From an uncultured Clostridia bacterium (GTDB taxonomy: Bacteria > Bacillota > Clostridia > Christensenellales > UBA1242): 64,000 nucleotides of DNA. How positions within the stretch are numbered: position 1 is the first letter of the stretch; every line of letters begins with the position of its first letter. The translations under genes were made by a program, and so were the position numbers. Shown piece after piece: positions 53,423 through 61,050 of this stretch. A model generated the notes under the pieces. It was not told the DNA's origin. It did not search any database and saw only the letters and a list, made by a program, of their open reading frames with translations. Where the stretch lies: the NCBI GenBank assembly GCA_947593585.1, contig CANQDP010000004.1, positions 30,227 to 94,226 on the forward strand. Reading direction: 5' to 3'.

Positions 53423-54916
53423 ATGAATAAGACGATAAGAGTTTTCAAAATAATTTTAACTGTTTTAATTTCACTGCTGCTCTGTGCTTCTGTTGCTCTC
53501 ACCACAATTGGCATAATAAACCGCCCAAAACGAGTGGGTGCAGTGCGCGGAGTGGTGCACTTTTCAAACATAAATGGCAACGATGTTGATGTGGAAGTGC
53601 TCACAAGGTACGCCGGCGATGCTTATTACAATCCAAATTTTAGAGAAGCAGAAATGATTTATGGCGCAATAGCATATAAAAAAGAGCATAAGGATGCTAA
53701 TGTGTCAATAAAACTCACATCTTTCCATATCAGCGTGGTGGCGGCCGCCTGCATCAAAAAAGATAGTGATAAATATGGATTGATGAAATCACTTTACGAT
53801 GAAGATTATGATAAAGATTTTGTGCGCATTTCATATTTGCTTGTGCTGGCTTGCAAATATGGCATAAACACAACAGTGATAGGGCAGGTTGATGCAAGTG
53901 CAGTTTGGCAATCTGAAGGGCCAAGGGCAGATTATCATTTTGATGAATATTTCCAGAGCAAGATGAACGAGAGTTGCGTTGAAGGCGTTCAAGGCAAAGT
54001 TGGTGATTATCTAAGGTTCAAAAAATGTTTCTGGACATCTTATGGAGATAGGTCTGCTGCAGATATGTTCCACACTAAATTTTGCACGGTTTCTCACTGT
54101 TTGATTGACGGAGAAGAAAAATTCAATGGTCTATGGCAGAGCGCAACAAATCTTGACGGAATTGATGCTTGGGGAGGAAATGGCAATAATAATATGCAAT
54201 CTGGCGTGGTGATTTGGGGTCATAAAGAGCTTTTCACAATCACAAACAATATGATAGATTTGGCATTCAATTATTGCGGGCAAGAAGATGCGGTGCAATA
54301 TAGAAAGGCTATGCGCGAAAAATCGCAAGAGCAATATAACAAACTGATAAATGGCGAACCTGTCAATTTGGACGAACAAATCATCTATATCGGCACGGAA
54401 ACGGATAAAGTGTTTGAAATGTATTTCACTCCGCTTTATTCCACTTATGGCTCGTGGGATACAAACTTAAATCCGTACACAAAATATATTTCTAAGATGG
54501 CAGATTCCACCGATTATATAATTTTCTCAGCCAACAATGCCAATTTCAGTGATGCCGAATTTAATAGAATTTGGAACCAAACAGTGTTAGACGCATTTGT
54601 GAATGTAAATAATCCAAAGAGCAGATTAAATATTTGCTACGACACACATGACTTTGATTTTAGTGCCATTGAATTGGGCAAAAATGCTGAATTCATCACC
54701 TTTGCGGGCACAAACAATCATTCAAAGGACATTCAGGTTTCTTATAAGGATGAAAACATCAGGCATTATGTGTCAGTTTTAGCCACAACTAACTGCCATG
54801 AAGGTGCAATGGCTTATCAGGCAAATTCATACATTGTGATAAAAGAAAACGAAAAAACAGGTGCAAATTTCTTTAATCTCTTCGGCAAATACACAAGCCA
54901 TGGAGCAATAGAATAA
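53423..54916 (+). CDS. Membrane-anchored phospholipase D/nuclease-superfamily protein (putative)
   Basis: GGAGG SD before ATG 53423, N-terminal TM, two HxK half-sites (FHTKF...SATNL and NHSKD...ATTNC). Confidence 0.6.
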   Translation: MNKTIRVFKIILTVLISLLLCASVALTTIGIINRPKRVGAVRGVVHFSNINGNDVDVEVLTRYAGDAYYNPNFREAEMIYGAIAYKKEHKDANVSIKLTSFHISVVAAACIKKDSDKYGLMKSLYDEDYDKDFVRISYLLVLACKYGINTTVIGQVDASAVWQSEGPRADYHFDEYFQSKMNESCVEGVQGKVGDYLRFKKCFWTSYGDRSAADMFHTKFCTVSHCLIDGEEKFNGLWQSATNLDGIDAWGGNGNNNMQSGVVIWGHKELFTITNNMIDLAFNYCGQEDAVQYRKAMREKSQEQYNKLINGEPVNLDEQIIYIGTETDKVFEMYFTPLYSTYGSWDTNLNPYTKYISKMADSTDYIIFSANNANFSDAEFNRIWNQTVLDAFVNVNNPKSRLNICYDTHDFDFSAIELGKNAEFITFAGTNNHSKDIQVSYKDENIRHYVSVLATTNCHEGAMAYQANSYIVIKENEKTGANFFNLFGKYTSHGAIE

Positions 54917-54925
54917 AAATAAGCC

Positions 54926-55561
54926 TCAACGGCTTATTTTTTCTTTATAAAATTTGCAAACATCTTTTAATTTGCAATTTTCACAATTTGGGCGAATTGC
55001 TTTGCAAATTTCTCTGCCAAACAAAATCATTTGATGATGAGTTTTGCTTCTCTCTTCGTGTGGCACAATTTTCAACAAACTCATTTCGCACTCATAAGGA
55101 GTGGAATTCTCATTCGCCAAACCAAGCCGTTTTGAAACTCTGTGCACATGTGTGTCCACCGCTATGGTTTGCCTGCCAAAAGCGTTTGCAATCACCACAT
55201 TCGCCGTCTTTCTGCCAACCCCACGCAAACTTGTCAATTCTTCCATGGTTTTAGGCACATCGCCACCAAATTTATTCACCAAATCCGCACTTGTTTCAAT
55301 TAAGGCTTTAGATTTTGCGTTGTAAAATCCGCATGGGTGAATGATTTTCTTTATTTTTTCTTCGCCCAAATTTAGCATTTTCTCAGGTGTGTTTGCAATT
55401 TTAAACAAATCTTTTGTAACTATATTTACTCGCTTGTCTGTGCATTGAGCGGAGAGCACCACCGCCACAAGCAACTCGTATGGTGTGGAAAAGTCTAGCG
55501 AGCAATTTGCGTTAGGATAAAGCTCATCAAGATATTGTTTTATTTTTTCAAACTTTCTCAT
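54926..55561 (-). CDS. nth: Endonuclease III
   Basis: LSAQCTDKRVN, LRGVGRKTANVV, AVDTHVHRV, CKAIRPNCENCKLKDVC. Confidence 0.97.
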   Translation of the reverse strand: MRKFEKIKQYLDELYPNANCSLDFSTPYELLVAVVLSAQCTDKRVNIVTKDLFKIANTPEKMLNLGEEKIKKIIHPCGFYNAKSKALIETSADLVNKFGGDVPKTMEELTSLRGVGRKTANVVIANAFGRQTIAVDTHVHRVSKRLGLANENSTPYECEMSLLKIVPHEERSKTHHQMILFGREICKAIRPNCENCKLKDVCKFYKEKISR

Positions 55562-55618
55562 AATTTAATTTTATCATATTATATTGTTTTAGTCAATTTT
55601 TTTGTGGGGTGGCTGACT

Positions 55619-55879
55619 TCAAAATATTTTTTCCACTCGCTCATAAGCTCCGTTTAAACTAACATGATAGATGCCTAAAAACCCGTCATAATTTTTGTTT
55701 GCAAGCATAGATTTTATGGCGTTTATATAGCGGTAATCAGCCCGTGCACTTAGCCCACAACTAACAGACACGGCGCGGGGTGTGTTCACAACGCTTGCGC
55801 TTATCCCATATAGTTGCAAATTTTTCACAAAAGCATATAGCGAGTTTCGAGATTTGAAAGCAATAATTAAATAGTTCAT
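55619..55879 (-). CDS. DUF3343-like small protein
   Basis: TPRAVSVSCGLS motif, adjacent to a cysteine desulfurase-family gene. Confidence 0.75.
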   Translation of the reverse strand: MNYLIIAFKSRNSLYAFVKNLQLYGISASVVNTPRAVSVSCGLSARADYRYINAIKSMLANKNYDGFLGIYHVSLNGAYERVEKIF

Positions 55880-55959
55880 ATTTGCCTCAATTCATTTTAT
55901 TTTGATTGTCCGTTTTTGGTGAAAATCACAAATTATGGTGGAATTGCATATTGTGAGAT

Positions 55960-57093
55960 ATGATATATTTAGACAATGCTGCAACAAGTTTTTTTAAGCC
56001 AGTTCAGGTGAAAAAAGCCGTTATGAATGCAATGGAAAATCTCACGGCAAATCCGGGCAGGAGTGGGCATTTTTTATCACAAAAAACTGCCGAAATTGTG
56101 TTTGACACGCGTGAAAAGATCAAACAACTTTTCAATGCAGAGAACTATGAAGTGATTTTCACAAAAAATTGCACGGAAGCGCTAAATCTTGCCATTTTTG
56201 GCTCATTAAATGAGGGCGACCATGTCATCACCACGAGTTTTGAGCATAATTCTGTTTTGCGCCCGCTTGAACATTTAAAATCCAAGGGGGTGGAGGTGTC
56301 CACACTCTTTTGCAATGCGGAAAATCTTCCGGCTGAAATAGAAAAAACCATTTGCAAAAACACAAAGATGATAATCACCACAGCCTGTTCAAATGTAACG
56401 GGCGAAACATTGCCTATTTTGGAAATTTCAAAAATTGCAAAAGCCCATAATCTGCTTTATTTGATTGATGGCGCTCAAGCGAGTGGACATATGCACATAG
56501 ACTTGTCCAACTTGGGTGCGGATATGTTTGCATTTGCGGGGCATAAAGGGCTTTTCTCTACAACGGGTGTGGGCGGACTAATCGTAAAATGCGGCATAAA
56601 ACTAAAACCAATAATTTTTGGTGGCACGGGCACAGAGGGGACAAATTTAATTCAGCCAACTCAAATTCCAGAAGGATTAGAGGCAGGCACAATTCCATCA
56701 ATTCCAATCATTAGTTTGAATGCGGGTGTGGATTATGTGCTAAAAAATTTTGAAAATATTTTAAAGAAAGAGCAAGACTTATCGTCTTACACTTTTAAAA
56801 GATTGAGTGGTCTTAATTTTATCAAGATGTATTCCAAACCAAATTCAAAAAATGTGTTTAGCTTTAACATTTTAGATTTAGATTGCATGCGGGTGGCAGA
56901 CCTTTTAAACGAAAAGGGAATATGTGTGCGTGCGGGAATTCATTGTGCACCACTTATTCACAAAAAGTTGGGCGCAGAAATCTCGGGCGCAGTGCGTGTG
57001 TCGATAGATTGTTTCAACACCTTTGATGAGATAGACAAATTAGTGAATGCACTCATTGAAATTAACTCATTAAAAATGCAAAGCACACAATAA
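55960..57093 (+). CDS. Class V PLP aminotransferase / cysteine desulfurase family
   Basis: IYLDNAATS, NPGRSGH, EHNSV, DGAQ, GHKG, RAGIHCAP. Confidence 0.93.
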   Translation: MIYLDNAATSFFKPVQVKKAVMNAMENLTANPGRSGHFLSQKTAEIVFDTREKIKQLFNAENYEVIFTKNCTEALNLAIFGSLNEGDHVITTSFEHNSVLRPLEHLKSKGVEVSTLFCNAENLPAEIEKTICKNTKMIITTACSNVTGETLPILEISKIAKAHNLLYLIDGAQASGHMHIDLSNLGADMFAFAGHKGLFSTTGVGGLIVKCGIKLKPIIFGGTGTEGTNLIQPTQIPEGLEAGTIPSIPIISLNAGVDYVLKNFENILKKEQDLSSYTFKRLSGLNFIKMYSKPNSKNVFSFNILDLDCMRVADLLNEKGICVRAGIHCAPLIHKKLGAEISGAVRVSIDCFNTFDEIDKLVNALIEINSLKMQSTQ

Positions 57094-57186
57094 AAATTAA
57101 AAAATTTTTTAAACAAATAAAAATCGGCATAAAAATTCAAAAATTTTTCATTTTTAGGCGCAAAAATTTGAAATTTTAAAAATTTT

Positions 57187-57984
57187 TCATTCGTTTTGCC
57201 TGTTTTTTATTATTGGCATTATTTTGCAAATGATTGCAAAAATCATAAGTCCGCTCGCAAAAATTAAATAATAAATATGAAATGGCAAAATTATTGAACT
57301 AAAAATTAAAATCAGCCCGCACAAAAAATAACTTTTTGCTTTTGCTGGCAAAAATAAATTTTTCAAAAGATCCGCCCATGAAAATTTTGAGATTTTGTCA
57401 TCCAAATTTGAGCAGTCAGGGTAGGTGTTTGTTTTTTTAAAAAAGTCTTGATAAATTTTTCTCTTGTCATAAATAAAAATTTTTTTATCCTTAAAAATGT
57501 TTTTTGGGGTGAAGTCCAACTCGTTGCAAAAGATATCAAAACAATCAAACTTTTTATCAATGTGTTTGCTCATCAAATTTATCAAATCGTTTTCGCTGAG
57601 TTTTTTAAATTCTGTTGCCAAAATCACCAAGTGCTTTCCGTGTGCGTCTTTATAAGTCAATTTTCGCCCAATCATTTCCACTTCAAAATTTTTTTCCAAA
57701 ATGCTTTTCAAGAGCGATTTTTGTTCACTTTCCTTAGATAGTCTGAATGCTAGCGTAAATTTGTTCATCTCTTCAATCTGTTTTCGATTTAACGCAGCCT
57801 TCTCATTTTTTTTGCCCACGAAAAAATATATTAAGAAAAGCACGGCGAAGGTGAAAACCAAACTTATTGCAAAGCTAACCCACAAATCTGCCACATAAAA
57901 GTTTATCCATGCAAAAATTAGCAAAAAAACTGCCACGCTCACAAAAACTCTATCTATCAAACTAACCAACCAAAACTTTGTCAT
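57187..57984 (-). CDS. Membrane protein, unknown function
   Basis: Two N-terminal and two C-terminal TM helices. Start uncertain (57984 or 58020). Confidence 0.7.
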   Translation of the reverse strand: MTKFWLVSLIDRVFVSVAVFLLIFAWINFYVADLWVSFAISLVFTFAVLFLIYFFVGKKNEKAALNRKQIEEMNKFTLAFRLSKESEQKSLLKSILEKNFEVEMIGRKLTYKDAHGKHLVILATEFKKLSENDLINLMSKHIDKKFDCFDIFCNELDFTPKNIFKDKKIFIYDKRKIYQDFFKKTNTYPDCSNLDDKISKFSWADLLKNLFLPAKAKSYFLCGLILIFSSIILPFHIYYLIFASGLMIFAIICKIMPIIKNRQNE

Positions 57985-58079
57985 AACTAAATGTTTGCCC
58001 AAAATGCGGATTTTACACAAATAAATTATTTTGTTAAAAATCAGTTGACAAATAAATTTATAAAATTTATCATTTTTAT

Positions 58080-59345
58080 ATGATAAAAAATTTGATTGAT
58101 AAAAAGAAACTTCACAAAGAGTTGTCTATGGAAGACTATTATCTTATTGTGGAGTATATGTTGAAAAATGGGGTGGACAATTCAATTGTTGAGTTGTTTC
58201 AAGCGCTAGACTCGTTCGGCATGAGCAAGGCAGAGGTCTATTATCTTGCGCTCGCAATGCGAGATAGCGGCAGAGTGCTCACCTTTAATCAGGCAGTGTT
58301 TGAAAAGCACTCCACAGGTGGTGTGGGTGATTCCACAAGCATAGTGCTCATTCCACTCATTGCAAGTTTGGGCTATAAGATTATCAAAACCACCGCCAAA
58401 TCGCTCGTTTTCACCAACGGCAGTGCGGATAGGTTTGGTGCGATTCCAAACTTCAATGTTAAGTTGACAGATAATGAAATCAAGCGTGTGTTAGACAACA
58501 CCAACGCTTGCGTTCTTTCGCATAATGGGGATATTTGCCCAGCAGATAGATTGCTTTATCAAATCATGGAGAAATGCAACCTATCTAGCAATCCAAACTT
58601 ATTGGCAAGTTCAATCGCGTGCAAAAAATTGGCAAGCGGTGCAAAAATGGTGCTAGTTGATGTCAAATTTGGTTATGCGGCAGTGTTGAGAGAATATAAG
58701 CAAGCCAAAAAGGCTGCGAGGTTGCTTAAATATGTGTTCAATCGTTGTGGCGTTAAGAGTGTGATAGTAATCACAAACACTCTTCAAACCATAGGCGAGG
58801 GCATAGGCAACGCCATCGAGGTGGAAGATGGTCTTTCAGTTTTGAGAGGCAAAAGATGCCTGCTAAGGCGCGTTGTTGTTCGCTATGCCATTGAAATGAT
58901 TTCTGCAATCAACAAAAAGTATAGCAAAAAAGATTTGCAAGAGATGGTAGAATCCGCTCTAGATAACGGCAATGCATATCGCCAATTTTTAAGCCTAGTT
59001 AAAAATCAGGGTGGCTCGGTTGAGGCGGTTACTAAGCAGCAAGTTTTCAGGCCATATCATGCAGTGGATTTCCTCTGCACCAAGAGCGGATATGTCGGCA
59101 ACATCAACTCGGTTATGCTTGGTGAAATGGTGCGCAATTTGTGCAAAGAAAGCCACGATAATCACATCGGCGTTAGGCTGAGAGTGAAAATTGGTGATTT
59201 GGTTCGCGTGGGCGATAAAGTGCTCACATTCTACTATAAGTCTAAGCAAGACCTCAAAGCATATCAGCATGCGCTTTGCTATTGCGTCAACCTAACCGAT
59301 GTTAAAATAAGAAAGGTCAATCCAATCAAAAAGGTAATTCGCTAG
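58080..59345 (+). CDS. pdp: Pyrimidine-nucleoside/thymidine phosphorylase homologue, divergent active site
   Basis: AMRDSG, KHSTGGVGD, PAD, SIACKK, DVKFG, GNAIEV. Confidence 0.8.
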   Translation: MIKNLIDKKKLHKELSMEDYYLIVEYMLKNGVDNSIVELFQALDSFGMSKAEVYYLALAMRDSGRVLTFNQAVFEKHSTGGVGDSTSIVLIPLIASLGYKIIKTTAKSLVFTNGSADRFGAIPNFNVKLTDNEIKRVLDNTNACVLSHNGDICPADRLLYQIMEKCNLSSNPNLLASSIACKKLASGAKMVLVDVKFGYAAVLREYKQAKKAARLLKYVFNRCGVKSVIVITNTLQTIGEGIGNAIEVEDGLSVLRGKRCLLRRVVVRYAIEMISAINKKYSKKDLQEMVESALDNGNAYRQFLSLVKNQGGSVEAVTKQQVFRPYHAVDFLCTKSGYVGNINSVMLGEMVRNLCKESHDNHIGVRLRVKIGDLVRVGDKVLTFYYKSKQDLKAYQHALCYCVNLTDVKIRKVNPIKKVIR

Positions 59346-59759
59346 ATGAAAAAGAAAATTGGCTCGCTGCAAGAATGTCAAAAACTTGCGGTGTCTTTTG
59401 CTAAAACTTTGGCTGAGGGAGATGTGGTTGTGCTGTCTGGCGATTTGGGTGCGGGCAAAACCACTTTCACTCAGTTTGTTTTGCGCTCCCTTGGGGTTAA
59501 AGAAGTGGTGAATAGCCCCACATTTTCCATTTTAAAATCATACAACGGCAAATTTCGTTTTGAGCATATAGATGCGTATAGGATAAACACAGACGAAGCC
59601 TTAAACATCGGCCTAGACGAACTGCTCAGCAAAAAAGATAGGGTTTTCTTTATTGAGTGGGCGGAAAATATTGCTCCGCTAATTCCAAAAAAGCGGATAA
59701 GTGTCCGCATCACGCACCTAGGGGAAACAGAGCGAGAGTTTGAAATAATTCATGAATAA
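59346..59759 (+). CDS. tsaE: t6A biosynthesis ATPase
   Basis: GDLGAGKTTF, NSPTF, HIDAYR, IEWA. Confidence 0.96.
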   Translation: MKKKIGSLQECQKLAVSFAKTLAEGDVVVLSGDLGAGKTTFTQFVLRSLGVKEVVNSPTFSILKSYNGKFRFEHIDAYRINTDEALNIGLDELLSKKDRVFFIEWAENIAPLIPKKRISVRITHLGETEREFEIIHE

Positions 59760-60795
59760 ATTAATCATAAATAGTGCCAATGATGAATTGATAATTTTGC
59801 TAAACAAATCCGGCAAACTCTTTTTTTCGGCTGAAAAAAACAAATCTCATCACAACGAAATCTTGCTTCAAAAAGTGGATAGCCTTCTAAAAAAAGCGGG
59901 CATAACTATAGATAAGATAGACGAATTTGGCGCAGTCATCGGCCCAGGCTCTTTCACCGGGATAAGAGTGGGAGTGTCCACAATTTTATCGTTTAGGGAC
60001 GCACTTCAAAAGCCTGCCTTTGGCTTAAACAATTTAGATGTTTTGTTTTCGCTTGCCCACGCTCAAAATGCCGATGTGTCCACCGTTGCAATTCGTGGCA
60101 GTTTAAATAGTTATTTTGTTGCCACCGTGGTGAACGGCGCGCTTTATAAATATCCTCGCAATCTCACGCTAGATGAGTTGAAGTCCATATCTGCCGGCAA
60201 AATTGCCATGTTTGAAAAAGATGACGATGTGAATTGCTTTCAAGTTAAGTTCAACGCTGCCACATTTAACGCTTGTTATGAGGAGTGCAAAACCACCTCA
60301 CTCGTGCCTGTTTACTATCAACTATCTCAGGCTGAGCGCGAAAAGTTAAAGGCCAACCCGCCCAAAATTCTTCTTGCTCGCAAAAAGGACGCCGCCACTT
60401 TTGCCGAAATGGAAAAAACTCTCATGCAAACCAATCCGCTTTCGCTCGCATCAATCAATGATATGCTTGCCTCAAAATCTCACAAAATTTATAGGGCAGA
60501 AATAGCGGGTGAAATTGTTGGCTTCATCATCCTTGAAATCACAGATGAAATCAACATCGTGAGCATCGCCACTCAAAAAGAATTTCAAAATCAAGGCGTT
60601 GCGTCAATGCTTATTCAAAAGGCGTCATCTCTCGCTTCGAGTTTGGGCATTCACACCCTCAGTTTGGAGGTCAGTGAAAAAAACATCACCGCCTTCTTGC
60701 TCTATAAAAAGTTGGGCTTCACCCTTCGCCGCACTCGCAAAAATTATTATGCGGACGGCTCATCTTGCTTTGAAATGACAATGAAAATCAAATAA
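59752..60795 (+). CDS. tsaB: TsaB fused to RimI-like GNAT acetyltransferase
   Basis: GPGSFTGIRVG in the N-half. FQNQGVA, LEVSEKN, LYKKLGF and RKNYY in the C-half. Confidence 0.88.
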   Translation: MNKLIINSANDELIILLNKSGKLFFSAEKNKSHHNEILLQKVDSLLKKAGITIDKIDEFGAVIGPGSFTGIRVGVSTILSFRDALQKPAFGLNNLDVLFSLAHAQNADVSTVAIRGSLNSYFVATVVNGALYKYPRNLTLDELKSISAGKIAMFEKDDDVNCFQVKFNAATFNACYEECKTTSLVPVYYQLSQAEREKLKANPPKILLARKKDAATFAEMEKTLMQTNPLSLASINDMLASKSHKIYRAEIAGEIVGFIILEITDEINIVSIATQKEFQNQGVASMLIQKASSLASSLGIHTLSLEVSEKNITAFLLYKKLGFTLRRTRKNYYADGSSCFEMTMKIK

Positions 60796-60939
60796 TTTTT
60801 CAAAATTCTTCAAAAAACATCAAAATTTTTCAAAAAATGCGCATTTTTGCGTGTTTTTTTATTATTTTTAAAATTTTTTTTGCTTTTCTATTCACTTTCC
60901 AATGTGTCTAAATTTTTGTTAAAAAATATGTCATTTTAT

Positions 60940-61050
60940 TTGTTATTTTGTTTTAATTTGTTTATAATAATATTATTATAAAAATCGAGTTTTCGCTAGG
61001 GGGGGGGCATAAAGATTTTGTTTCCCCTTCCTTAGCCCTAGGGGGAACAA
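60940..61050 (+). promoter_or_regulatory. Promoter, palindrome and G9-containing structured leader of surface-protein gene
   Basis: TTGTTA-17-TATAAT, 22-bp palindrome at 60961-60982, G9 at 60999-61007, SD-occluding hairpin at 61018-61050. Confidence 0.6.

Noticed and set aside
60955-60985. dif site
   Set aside because: No TTATGTTAAA-type XerD arm with a 6-bp spacer. Better explained as a promoter palindrome.
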